Virus record (IMG/VR): IMGVR_UViG_2061766007_002388
Strand: one strand, 5' to 3'
Source of the DNA: an uncultured virus (IMG/VR IMGVR_UViG_2061766007_002388)
Lineage: Duplodnaviria > Heunggongvirae > Uroviricota > Caudoviricetes
Length of the DNA stretch: 64,000 nt
Positions 40,565 to 50,947 of this stretch are shown here, in pieces (within the stretch, counting starts at the first letter, position 1; every line of letters begins with the position of its first letter). Under the pieces are notes generated by a model. That model made no database searches. It was not told the DNA's origin and saw nothing but the letters and a program-made list of their open reading frames with translations. Both the position numbers and the translations under genes were made by a program.

Positions 40565-41146
40565 ATTTTCAGAAGAATACATTGGAATTGGTCTATGACC
40601 ATTAACTTTAACCATTTCATCATATAAATGAAATTCATACCAACAACGAGAATCTTGAAGATTAATCTCTCGATACGAATAACCAAGATCACCAAGAAGG
40701 CAACTGGGTTTTATAATATTACAATTAAACTTATCCCAGCCCCCACTCGTAGTGTCTTTAGTGCCATAATATAAACAAAGTTTTGCTTTTTTCAATTCCG
40801 CTTTTATTGGTTTATCAGGATCATCGTCATCAGAAGATCCACCACCCGAATCATTTTCTCCTAAAACAACTTTTATATCTGGCGGCAGAATAACATATGT
40901 ATAACCATCTTCATTATGAATTTCATCACCATCATCTGTTTCAGGTGCTGCGATCATATCACTTCTATAAATTGTAAACAAAATTCTATCTTTCTTTGTG
41001 GTTGTTTTTGTATAGCAACAAGAAACCCAAGTACCAGTAAAATCTTTTAATCCATCATACCACATACCTGCTGGGATGGACACAAGTGGATTGGGTTTAA
41101 GAAAGTCAATTAATATTCTTTCATTTTCAAGCATATAAGTTTTCAT
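40547..41146 (-). CDS. hypothetical late protein
   Basis: GGAGG RBS; CATAAATA upstream on the minus strand (41180-41187). Confidence 0.7.
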   Translation of the reverse strand: MKTYMLENERILIDFLKPNPLVSIPAGMWYDGLKDFTGTWVSCCYTKTTTKKDRILFTIYRSDMIAAPETDDGDEIHNEDGYTYVILPPDIKVVLGENDSGGGSSDDDDPDKPIKAELKKAKLCLYYGTKDTTSGGWDKFNCNIIKPSCLLGDLGYSYREINLQDSRCWYEFHLYDEMVKVNGHRPIPMYSSENLIDSL

Positions 41147-41187
41147 TTATTATTTCCTCCAAGTATTTTAAATCATTTTTATTTATG

Positions 41188-41216
41188 TTGATTTAAATTT
41201 GAAATGTTTTTAAAAT
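41188..41216 (+). promoter_or_regulatory. sigma70-like promoter
   Basis: TTGATT-N17-TAAAAT. Confidence 0.6.
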
Positions 41217-41248
41217 TAATAGCGAAATTGTTTTTTAATGGGGAAAAA

Positions 41249-42013
41249 ATGAATAAAACATTGGAATTGATTAGATTATTTGAATTTTTAAAATCACATT
41301 TCGATAATGATGAATATAGTATCGAAATGAACAGTGGAGAAAATCTTATTAAATTTAATAAATCGACAGTTGGACATGTAATTCATTTTTTGCAATGGAA
41401 ATATAAATCTCCCATCCCAATTAAAATTATAGATATTAATTGTGGAATACATATTGAGCCTGGATATAATAGTGAAATTCTTTTCGAAAAACTCCCCGAA
41501 CTTCCGCATATTATACCCGGGGATTTTTGGATCCGTGGGTTAAAAAATTTGAAAACAATTGAATGCGGCGTTGAGGAAGTTGGTCGTGAATTTAGAATTT
41601 ATGGACTTCCGGAAATAATAGACTATAAATTTATCCCGCAAAAAGTCGGAAGTTTATCTATTGGTGGTATGTCTATTCAAGGGTTTAAAAATTTTCCAAA
41701 ATTAGTCACCATTACTGATAAAGAAAATGGAGTGGTGGAATTAGCAGATTTGCATATAAAAAATCTAAAAGGTTTAAATGTTGAATCTACACCCTATATG
41801 AGATTATGTTGGCTTAATGAATTAGAATCATTGTATGGAATACCAATTATAACTGATTTATTAGAAATAAAAGGCTGCAATTGTTTAAATAAAAAAATTA
41901 TTAATTATTTAAAAGATAAAATTTCTGACAATTGTAAAATAGTTTGGAATGGTTCTATTCCCCTAGATTTTGATGAGTTTAAATTCTTTTGGAAAAGTCG
42001 TTTTCAATGGTAA
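41249..42013 (+). CDS. LRR-like paralog family member 3
   Basis: MNKTLELIRLFEFL; IPIKI, LKNLKTIE, IKNLKGL and LESLYGIP. Confidence 0.75.
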   Translation: MNKTLELIRLFEFLKSHFDNDEYSIEMNSGENLIKFNKSTVGHVIHFLQWKYKSPIPIKIIDINCGIHIEPGYNSEILFEKLPELPHIIPGDFWIRGLKNLKTIECGVEEVGREFRIYGLPEIIDYKFIPQKVGSLSIGGMSIQGFKNFPKLVTITDKENGVVELADLHIKNLKGLNVESTPYMRLCWLNELESLYGIPIITDLLEIKGCNCLNKKIINYLKDKISDNCKIVWNGSIPLDFDEFKFFWKSRFQW

Positions 42014-42052
42014 CCTAAATATATCTATTAAAAATATGTTAACTTAATAGAT

Positions 42053-42505
42053 ATGAAAAAGTTGAATAAAACAGCTGAATTAGTTAAAATAATAAAATTT
42101 TTATCTTCTTTTAATTGTAAAATACATGGAGATGTTAATATCAATAAAGAAGATTATACTATCGATGTAGATGGATATGTGGATATATCAGGTGAACTTT
42201 TAACTAAAATACCAATTCAATTTGGGAAAGTAACCGAATATTTTGATTGTAGTAAAAATAACCTTACTTCACTTAAAGGCTGTCCTAGATGGGTTGGTAA
42301 AAGTGTAAATTGTAATAATAATAATCTTACATCACTCAAAGGTTGTCCTAAGTATGTTGGAGGTTATTTTAATTGCAGACATAATCCCATTAAAAATATA
42401 GATTGCACACCTCAAAATGATGGATGTTATTTTTGGAGTGATTTATTCACAGGATATATAGTTGTATTTAAAAAGTGGAGGCAAAATTATGGATTTTCAA
42501 ATTAG
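42053..42505 (+). CDS. LRR-like paralog family member 4
   Basis: NKTAELVKIIKFL; two near-identical NNLTSLKGCP..VG repeats. Confidence 0.8.
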   Translation: MKKLNKTAELVKIIKFLSSFNCKIHGDVNINKEDYTIDVDGYVDISGELLTKIPIQFGKVTEYFDCSKNNLTSLKGCPRWVGKSVNCNNNNLTSLKGCPKYVGGYFNCRHNPIKNIDCTPQNDGCYFWSDLFTGYIVVFKKWRQNYGFSN

Positions 42506-42926
42506 TGATTATCTGTCTGATAAAATAGACAATTATGTTTTTAATAACATGACAGAACAAGATATAGAACATGCTAAGGATGCAGTATGGGATAATGAAA
42601 TTGATACAGCTGAAATGTTAGAATTTCTCATTCGAAATAAAGATTTTAGGTGGGAATTATTTGATGAAAAAATTAAAGCAAAATTGCGCAAAACATTTTT
42701 TGATTATGCATACAAACATGATGAAAATTTTAGAGAAAAATTTATCGACTTTATTGAAGATACTATAGAATATATGAGCCCAGAGTCATTCTGCAGAGGT
42801 TGCGGATTATTCGACACAATAGATAATGCTATTAAAAATAGTATTGAAGAAAAATCGCAACAAAGCAATCGTATTAAAATTGGTGAATCGAAGAATTTTT
42901 TTAAGAGAAAAAAATATGTCAAATAA
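42489..42926 (+). CDS. hypothetical acidic protein
   Basis: GGAGG RBS. Confidence 0.65.
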   Translation: MDFQISDYLSDKIDNYVFNNMTEQDIEHAKDAVWDNEIDTAEMLEFLIRNKDFRWELFDEKIKAKLRKTFFDYAYKHDENFREKFIDFIEDTIEYMSPESFCRGCGLFDTIDNAIKNSIEEKSQQSNRIKIGESKNFFKRKKYVK

Positions 42927-43526
42927 AACATCTATGGTTGTGGAAGCAGCTAAGTTCATTCAAGATTTTGATAGATTGAGAAAATTAACTATAAACAGTG
43001 ATGGGTTTTAGAATTATACGACGGAAAATATACTCTTATTAATGATAAATTATCGGAATTGCCCTGCCCATTTGGTTATGTTTATGATATGTGTTTATGT
43101 ATGCAAAATTTAAACTCAACTAAAAATTTTCCAACATCTATTAAAAATTTTTATTTAGAAAATTCAAAATTTTTAAAAGATTTTGAAGGTTGGAATTTAA
43201 AGAGTGAAATGGGCTATTTCAATATCTACAGTTGTAAAAACCTTAGTTCTTTAAAAGGTATTGAAAATGCCAAGATAAATCGTTTAATTATAAATCAATG
43301 TCCAAATCTTAAAACACTTGATAATATGCCTTATGTTGAAAATGATTTTTTCTATAATTCAGCAGAACGATGCTATCTTCAAAATGTTGACGCAGCAAAA
43401 GGAAGGGTTAAAGGCAAATTTATTGTGAAATTAGGTTACTTGCAAGTCGGAAAATATACAACCAAAGAATTTTCTAATTTTGAACAATTTAAAAATTATA
43501 TTGAACAATTACCCATACCATTTTAA
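42916..43526 (+). pseudogene. LRR-like paralog family member 5, frameshifted at about 43006-43010 (real lesion or sequence error)
   Basis: MSNKTSMVVEAAKFI...INSDGF then TAG; one extra T in GGGTTTTAG joins it to LELYDGKY...LPCPFG..NLSSLKGI. Confidence 0.65.
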
Positions 43527-43718
43527 ATAATAACCCTAAATAATTTCAATATATTCTTAGTGGAGAAATATAATGGTGGATAATGATGTTGGGCGATTTC
43601 CATGGAATTTACATTGTAAAAATAGTCGATGAAAATGGACAAGAAATATCCGATGTTCAATAAATGGTGATAAATAAAGAAGAGGTTATTTTTAAATTTA
43701 TGAAGAGGATTTATTATA

Positions 43719-46700
43719 ATGACAAAAAAACTTACCGTAGATAGTAACATATCACTGAGTGAAGAAGCAAGACGCGAAATACTTGAAACAATCATCAAAG
43801 CGGGTATTTCAAATAACGATGATTCAAACACGACACCTTCCGATGATTCAAGCACGACATCCCCTGGTAAATCAATAATATACTTAGAAAATTTAGAAAT
43901 TAATTATAAAAAAATTCTTTTCCATAATTTTAGAAATTTTATAGATGAATCTATCATCATTGAATTGCCAAAAAAAATTAATAAAGATGAAACTGAAAAT
44001 TTATATAAAAATTCTAACGTTCTCAAGAAGTTAATTAATGATATAATCAGCAATCAAAATACGGGTAAAAAATTAGATTTTAAATATCTTCTCTATTCTT
44101 ATTTTTGGAAAAATGAATTAGAAAATAAACAAGGCGATGAAAATACTATAAAAATGGGAATGAGATTTAAATCACCAACCGCATGTTCAAAAGAAGATTA
44201 TGAATTTGTAGATATTATTCAATATACAAAAAAAATAAAAGAAGACACATCATATGATGGTGGGCGCTTAAACAATTCTATCAGAACATATCCTGAAATG
44301 TTTGATCCTTTGAAAGATATAGGTGAAGGTGAATTTAATAAAGAATGGTTAAAGAATTTTAAATTTACTGTTGAAGATGATAATGAAAACGAACAATCGT
44401 TTATTAATTACATAAATGAACTGAAGAAGATTTCATCAAAAAAACTAAAGAAAGACAGATGGGAAAAAGAAAAAGACATTACACGACTCTTTTCTTCACT
44501 TGTTAAAATACCCGAAGAATTTATTAATAATTTAAATGAAACCGATTTCTTAACAAGTAAAGTTATTTCTAAAAAAGGAGAAACATCTTGTGCAACGGCT
44601 GGCTGTACATCTATTACTTTTGAATTTGATAGGGAAGAAGGTGTAAGACAAGTGCACCGAATTTATACTGAAGACGCAAACGGGAAAATTATAAGTTGGT
44701 ATTTTCCCACAACATCAGAGCATGAATTTTACGGGGATGGAAGCGGCATTGTTCGCCGTATTTGTGTCACTATTACAGAAAACAACATAAATCAATATGG
44801 ATCTTGTGATGGCAATGAAAACGGGACTTTTGCACCAGATAGTTTATTTTATCTTAATGTAAAAGCAATTCATAAAGATACAGATGGTGTTGTAACATAT
44901 GAAAATCCTGTGCTTAATAAGATAGTTAATAAATGCGATGCTGTTTATACATGGGAGCATTCTGATGGTCTTAGTATATGTAAAAATGCAAAAAAACAAA
45001 AAATGCCACATGGTATATCGTGGAATAAAATCGGCATAATTTCAAGTTCAAATGAAAAAAATGAATTTTATCACCCAGTTTCTTCAAGACTTGTATTTCC
45101 CACTAATAATGCATTGTTTCCATTTACATTGAGTTTTAATATTTGGGAAAATGGAGCATTAATAAAGTATTTAAAATATGAGCCAAAATACGTTCATTTC
45201 TTTATTGATAAAAAAATTAAATTTTCTTATAAAATTACTGACAATATAATTCCACCGGTTATTAATAAAAATCTTGTATATATCGGTTGCCATATAATTC
45301 CCCCTCAAGGATTTATAAATTCGAGCCACACAACTAATAATATCAATAAAGATATGATTCAATCTTTAGAGATTTTAAATGAACAAATTAAATTAAATCG
45401 AGAAGATTCTGTATCTGATTTATTTGATATTGCTCACCAAGAAAATAGAGAACATATAGAAAGTGTTGCCGGTACCCCAAGTCGAATGATTATTTTGGGA
45501 ATAGAAAATAGTAATAAAATAGCCATATCGATTTTGGATGATATAATAGATTTATTGTCCAAGAACGTTAGGCGACAATTACTCCCGATAAATTGCGTTA
45601 CAACCGAAATAAAACTGGTGGGAAAAATCTATAATATAATCCCAAATGATAATTACTATTATTTAATTCTTTCAGATGTTCCATTCAATATCACAACTAA
45701 AGATTTTGCCGGACTGTTATGGATAGGCAATCTAATACGGCTTCAGGCAAGACCTTCTTTTGTTTCTAAAATTTTTATTGCACCAATAATTAATGCAAAA
45801 AGTAAAGTTGTTCGGCATATTACGAAAAATAATAATGTTATTGACTGCAAACCAAATGATATACTTGTTAATAATACAGAAACCCAATTTGTTAAAAATA
45901 ATTTCAAGGACACATCAGTCAATAGTTTATTCGAAGAATTTACGCCCAAAATTAAAGTAGAATGGCGAAAATTGGATGGCGATATTAATGAGAACTACAA
46001 AACAATAGAACATGGAGACACACGTTCAATTGTTCATAATGAAGAGTTACTTGATGAAAATTATAATACAACTGTAGCACAAAACGCAGTTATTAAAGAT
46101 GATTATGTATCTATTTTTGATGAAGAAATATTCGGTGATATTTTTAATAAACAAAATGAAAATAAAGTAAGTAATGAATTATTTGACTGCAATATATTAC
46201 AGCAACACAAATATGGTGAATTTGAAATTGTACAGTTTGATAATTTAAATAATGATATTAAAGAGTTTAATTTGCAGCCTGCAACCAATGAAGTTGATAA
46301 TAGACTTTGTGGAACCATTTCAAGCGTTGATATTCAAAATAATATAAATCAATTGTATCGTACACACATTATTCCCGAACAGAAAATTAAAGAAAATACT
46401 ATTATAGATGGTGTATATAAGACAGATGCAAATGATGAATATGCTAAAAATCATTTCTACAGTAAATTTACTCCGTCGGGTGCACACCGTTTTGGCTATA
46501 TGAATAATGATGGAATTATTGTGGAACGAAAGAATTTAAACTGCATGGATTTCATATTAAATGGTGAATTAGATTATATATATAAAAATATGCAGCAACC
46601 AGTTTTCTTCCGCAAAGTAAAAGATGGAAAAGAATATATAATAAAACCCAAACTCATTCAAGCATTTAATTTTAGAAATGATGAAATTATCGAATCTTTT

Positions 46701-48098
46701 AAAATACATTTTAGCAGCACCATCGCCAACATCGCTGATGATACGGAAGATGTTATTTTTACAACCGGATTTTTAATTAATAAAGAGTTCAATGAAAATG
46801 GTGTAATTAATACAGAAAAAGTTCAAATAAAAACCGGCGATTTAGTAGACGGAAGAAATTACATATATACACCAAAAGTTCCCATCTATGTACCAGCAGG
46901 AACTTATTTCTTTATAGGTATTACATCAAAAACAAAAGATATAGCACTTGCGGTAACTACTGATAATATTAATAATTTAAATAATGAAGTAAATGATTCA
47001 ATTTTATTTGTAAATGACAGTGAACCAATTGATTCAAGAAATTTATATTTGCGTATCGATGTCAATGCACTTAAAAATTTTGAAACAAATTCAACAGAAG
47101 AAACAGATTCATATGTTTCACCATTATTGAATGACGGCGGCGACACAAATATAACCACAACGGAAACGATATTTGAATATCCAGATCAACTCAGTTCAAT
47201 TGACAGAATGATTTTTTTCAGCAATGATATTGTCCCGAAAAATTGTGAAGTTGCATATTCTATAGTAACATTAGACGAAAATGAATATAATATTATACCA
47301 AATAAAGAATTTGTTATTGAAAAAAGTATTCAGGGACCATGGACATTTAAAGTAACGCTAAAAACCACAAGAGAATCCGTAAGTCCTATAATTAAACCAA
47401 AAGAATATGGTTTCCTTATTAAAAATTATGACACTACTTTAAAGAAAGTTAATAAAATGATCTCAACAAATAAGGCTTATACGGAAAATGAATTAGATGA
47501 AAGTTTTGTGGGTAATAAAGTTTCATTTACATTAAAGAATTTAACCGGTGATTATAACTTATCCACATTCTATAATGGTGGATATGGAGAATATATAGAT
47601 GGTATATTTAAATATCAAACATTCTTAGTAAGATTGAATTTTGATTATTTCGTATCAGGAAATATTAATCTGGGATCAATTTCATCTTATTTCACCGGTG
47701 GCTTATATGTTAGAGCTAGAAATAAAATTCATGGTTATAATATCGAATGTGCAACTTTTAATAAATTATTTAAAACGTTGGATTTATCGGGCAATGATAT
47801 TACTGGCGTAACATATAATGAAAAGAAATTAGATGATGGATGGATTAATCGCAATATTGAGTTTATTCCCATTTTAAAGGCGGAATTTATTTCTGATAAT
47901 AAAAAAACAACCTTTGATGCATTATCATTTATTAATAGAATAGAAGAATGGGAATTTGATGTAGATTTATTGGTTAGATCAAGTGTTGAAAAAAATACAG
48001 AAACCAACGAAATAATTGATATGTCAGTTCCGATAATTAGAAATATAAAAACTTCTGTCGATACGATTCTTTTTGAAACAAAACAGTGTGTGAGGTAA
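43719..48098 (+). CDS. large virion structural protein with a DUF4815/VrlC-like C-terminal region
   Basis: 1459 aa; LIQAF, PIYVPAG..FFIGI.S, LKT..ESVSPII and VPIIRNI; upstream CCTAAATA. Confidence 0.55.
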   Translation: MTKKLTVDSNISLSEEARREILETIIKAGISNNDDSNTTPSDDSSTTSPGKSIIYLENLEINYKKILFHNFRNFIDESIIIELPKKINKDETENLYKNSNVLKKLINDIISNQNTGKKLDFKYLLYSYFWKNELENKQGDENTIKMGMRFKSPTACSKEDYEFVDIIQYTKKIKEDTSYDGGRLNNSIRTYPEMFDPLKDIGEGEFNKEWLKNFKFTVEDDNENEQSFINYINELKKISSKKLKKDRWEKEKDITRLFSSLVKIPEEFINNLNETDFLTSKVISKKGETSCATAGCTSITFEFDREEGVRQVHRIYTEDANGKIISWYFPTTSEHEFYGDGSGIVRRICVTITENNINQYGSCDGNENGTFAPDSLFYLNVKAIHKDTDGVVTYENPVLNKIVNKCDAVYTWEHSDGLSICKNAKKQKMPHGISWNKIGIISSSNEKNEFYHPVSSRLVFPTNNALFPFTLSFNIWENGALIKYLKYEPKYVHFFIDKKIKFSYKITDNIIPPVINKNLVYIGCHIIPPQGFINSSHTTNNINKDMIQSLEILNEQIKLNREDSVSDLFDIAHQENREHIESVAGTPSRMIILGIENSNKIAISILDDIIDLLSKNVRRQLLPINCVTTEIKLVGKIYNIIPNDNYYYLILSDVPFNITTKDFAGLLWIGNLIRLQARPSFVSKIFIAPIINAKSKVVRHITKNNNVIDCKPNDILVNNTETQFVKNNFKDTSVNSLFEEFTPKIKVEWRKLDGDINENYKTIEHGDTRSIVHNEELLDENYNTTVAQNAVIKDDYVSIFDEEIFGDIFNKQNENKVSNELFDCNILQQHKYGEFEIVQFDNLNNDIKEFNLQPATNEVDNRLCGTISSVDIQNNINQLYRTHIIPEQKIKENTIIDGVYKTDANDEYAKNHFYSKFTPSGAHRFGYMNNDGIIVERKNLNCMDFILNGELDYIYKNMQQPVFFRKVKDGKEYIIKPKLIQAFNFRNDEIIESFKIHFSSTIANIADDTEDVIFTTGFLINKEFNENGVINTEKVQIKTGDLVDGRNYIYTPKVPIYVPAGTYFFIGITSKTKDIALAVTTDNINNLNNEVNDSILFVNDSEPIDSRNLYLRIDVNALKNFETNSTEETDSYVSPLLNDGGDTNITTTETIFEYPDQLSSIDRMIFFSNDIVPKNCEVAYSIVTLDENEYNIIPNKEFVIEKSIQGPWTFKVTLKTTRESVSPIIKPKEYGFLIKNYDTTLKKVNKMISTNKAYTENELDESFVGNKVSFTLKNLTGDYNLSTFYNGGYGEYIDGIFKYQTFLVRLNFDYFVSGNINLGSISSYFTGGLYVRARNKIHGYNIECATFNKLFKTLDLSGNDITGVTYNEKKLDDGWINRNIEFIPILKAEFISDNKKTTFDALSFINRIEEWEFDVDLLVRSSVEKNTETNEIIDMSVPIIRNIKTSVDTILFETKQCVR

Positions 48099-50149
48099 TG
48101 ATGGCAAATATTACAAATAATTTTGGTATAACCGCACCTGGGGGTGTTGGAATACTTATTGCGGACGGCTGCAATGGCAATACTGTGATCACTAATAATA
48201 CAACTGATCTTCAAGATATCAATAAAAAAGATATTTCTGCTACAATTTATGATCAATATAATAATTCTTCTGCTGAAATTCGTTCAGTGAATAATGGAGA
48301 AATTTACTATGCTTATGGTGAGAAATTAGTATTAAAAATTGAAAATATAGATTATCGTGCTGATATGGTTTTTGTAACCATTACCAGACAAAATACGAGT
48401 AAAATTGAATTTACCTCATCTGTTAGTGGTGGCGTATCTTTTGTTACTATTCCCAGAACTACCGCGGTGCCAATTGAACCGACTATTACTGATATAAGTC
48501 CTTCAATAGATACAAATAACACAATAGAAGATTCAGCCACAAGTTGGATAATCAATTATGATGAAGAGTTTCAAATCTCTCTTAAACCTGAAAGATCAAC
48601 AGGGGCAGTATTAAATTCAAACACAACTAATATAAAATTTAAATTTTTAAAAGTGCTAGAAGCGCCAGTTGTAAAATCTACATATTCTATCTTTTTTCAG
48701 AATATTGGATGTTCCGAGTGGGCTGGTAGCATTAATGAAGTTCCACGCGTTCAACCCGAAAATGACTCATTGCGTTCATTTACAGATGAGGGAATTGCTG
48801 TATATTGCAACGGGGATGAATATGATGATTCCCAATCCGAAAAAAAAGCTTTAATAAAAGTAAATAATCCCTCCGTTCCCCTGTTGCGTTATTTTAAATT
48901 AATATGGTTTCCACAAATAATAGATGATCGAAATAGAATTACTATTTCGAGAAATGATAGCGACAGCAGCACCATTAGTCGAATAATGGGTTGGGATGTC
49001 AGCATAGACGGAAAATCTAGACAAGTTGTTGGTGGTATAAAAATTATCAGTAATTGTGTTGCATGTGCCGCGAAAAATAATATATTTGATCCAAGAGTAT
49101 TAATACGTTTTAAATATTTTGAAAATGATGAACCCCACAATGAAATTATCAAAGTATATGGACATGATAAGAAAATTAGCCCCCAAGATGTAATAAAATT
49201 AGTTGCAAATGCAACTGGTGGAAAATTTAGTCTTTTTGTTGGAGGTTATATGACAGAACAACTAGTTTCTGACAATATTGATTTACCTTATAATACTTAT
49301 ATTACTATTGGCGTTGCAATATTCGATAATGATTTTGTTAAACATACGGAGGAACAAGAGAGCATAATTTATATTCCATCAGATGGAAAATGGGGTGAAG
49401 ATAGATATTTCATTGGTGAGAGTTTTTTTAGAACAGCGATTGCTGAAAAATTTGTATGCGGCCTTGAATCTGAAAATATTGAATTTAATTCGCAATATCC
49501 AATTATTAGTAAAGTGGAAAGAACAGATAATGATATAACAACAGAAATATTTCCCTATAAATTATCATGGTGTAATGAAGAGTTATTTCAAAAAACATTT
49601 GGTGTATTATCTGATAGTATCGGGAAAATAAAAACCCGCTGCGATATGTTTCAAATGCTCAGCATACCGGACGTACCTAAAAATTTAAATAGAGAAGATA
49701 TTAATTACGAATATTCAATTGATAGAAGCATTGGTTCATTTATTTCATGCATAGAAAAAACAACTCCTGAATTTTACGTATATAAACCAATTGATAATAA
49801 TTCATCTTTGAAAATATACTTTAGTAATGTAATTGAAAGTGAGAATTTACGACTAGTAATCAATACAATGGCATTAAGATATTCTAAAGATGATAAGGGT
49901 TATTTGCTCGATATAAGGGGTAATTCACCAACATTTGTTTGTTCCGTTATTGATGATTATTCTATAACTTCGGACCAACCATATTATGATTTATCTGATT
50001 TGGAAGAAGGTGTTATATATATGCTTAATTTTAGTTTTCTCGAATACAATAACGGCTACAACTCATTATCTCGCAAATCTAAAAACATATATTTGTATAT
50101 ACCATATGATTATGTTACACCCACACCTACAGACTTTACCCAATCATAA
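48098..50149 (+). CDS. putative virion structural protein
   Basis: About 683 aa, beta-rich; TAATG coupling to the upstream gene. Confidence 0.6.
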   Translation: MMANITNNFGITAPGGVGILIADGCNGNTVITNNTTDLQDINKKDISATIYDQYNNSSAEIRSVNNGEIYYAYGEKLVLKIENIDYRADMVFVTITRQNTSKIEFTSSVSGGVSFVTIPRTTAVPIEPTITDISPSIDTNNTIEDSATSWIINYDEEFQISLKPERSTGAVLNSNTTNIKFKFLKVLEAPVVKSTYSIFFQNIGCSEWAGSINEVPRVQPENDSLRSFTDEGIAVYCNGDEYDDSQSEKKALIKVNNPSVPLLRYFKLIWFPQIIDDRNRITISRNDSDSSTISRIMGWDVSIDGKSRQVVGGIKIISNCVACAAKNNIFDPRVLIRFKYFENDEPHNEIIKVYGHDKKISPQDVIKLVANATGGKFSLFVGGYMTEQLVSDNIDLPYNTYITIGVAIFDNDFVKHTEEQESIIYIPSDGKWGEDRYFIGESFFRTAIAEKFVCGLESENIEFNSQYPIISKVERTDNDITTEIFPYKLSWCNEELFQKTFGVLSDSIGKIKTRCDMFQMLSIPDVPKNLNREDINYEYSIDRSIGSFISCIEKTTPEFYVYKPIDNNSSLKIYFSNVIESENLRLVINTMALRYSKDDKGYLLDIRGNSPTFVCSVIDDYSITSDQPYYDLSDLEEGVIYMLNFSFLEYNNGYNSLSRKSKNIYLYIPYDYVTPTPTDFTQS

Positions 50150-50236
50150 ATAAAAATAGATTTTTTGGAGGCGTAATAAATGGCAATTCATATAATAAAT
50201 GCTAAATATATGTAGAACACACGGAATGGGAAGAAT

Positions 50237-50470
50237 TTGAAAAAACAAAAGAATATAATTCAACCTAATTTTTACTTTGCAAAAGATTCAATCAGTAAGT
50301 CGTTGGAAGAATTGAACATTGAGTCTAAAGTTGAAAGTTACAAAGAATTATATTCTGTTATAAAAGAATCTAAATTGAAATATAGATTCTCATTGAATGA
50401 TTGTAAAATCAAACAGTGTTCTTTTAGCAAAAGTCATAAAAGAAGTATGGTTAAATGTTATAATTTTTAA
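50237..50470 (+). CDS. ORF fragment, probably part of a disrupted gene starting at 50180
   Basis: In frame with a GGAGG-preceded ATG at 50180 but separated from it by TAG at 50213-50215. Confidence 0.4.
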   Translation: MKKQKNIIQPNFYFAKDSISKSLEELNIESKVESYKELYSVIKESKLKYRFSLNDCKIKQCSFSKSHKRSMVKCYNF

Positions 50471-50553
50471 TGTTCTTTAATGATTTTTGTATTTTATAGA
50501 AGTAAAGTTAAATGTTATAATTTTTAATGTTCTTTAATGATTTTTGTATTTTA
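50441..50553. repeat. 57-bp tandem duplication (two copies)
   Basis: AGAAGTA(TG/AA)GTTAAATGTTATAATTTTTAATGTTCTTTAATGATTTTTGTATTTTA at 50441 and 50498. Confidence 0.9.
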
Positions 50554-50946
50554 AAAATGAAAGACGTTACTATTCATACATGCATAAACGTTGATACCAA
50601 ATATGGTTTCGTAAGAACAAATCACTGTCCATTTGGTAAAAAAACAGAAGATCATAATCCACAAAAAATTTCAATAATAATTGATAGAATAGTTTTTTAT
50701 GATAACAATTCTAAAATAAATGTTATTTTTCGTAGTTTTGGTGTATATGAAAAAATAGTGGCATACTTGATTTATGAAGATAATTCAGGTGTTGCTATCA
50801 TAAAAGACATTAAAAAAAGCAATGACGCGAGCGATATATTAATCGATTTAAATGAAATAAATATAACAAGACAAATAAAATATATTGCTTTGAGAGATGT
50901 GAATAGTCCATTTTCTAGTGCAAAAATAGATGTAAAAGGGGAATAA
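50527..50946 (+). CDS. hypothetical protein
   Basis: 139-aa ORF that starts inside the duplicated segment. Confidence 0.55.
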   Translation: MFFNDFCILKMKDVTIHTCINVDTKYGFVRTNHCPFGKKTEDHNPQKISIIIDRIVFYDNNSKINVIFRSFGVYEKIVAYLIYEDNSGVAIIKDIKKSNDASDILIDLNEINITRQIKYIALRDVNSPFSSAKIDVKGE

Positions 50947-50947
50947 T

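Noticed and set aside
50441..50553. CRISPR array
   Set aside because: Only two adjacent copies with no spacers and no cas genes
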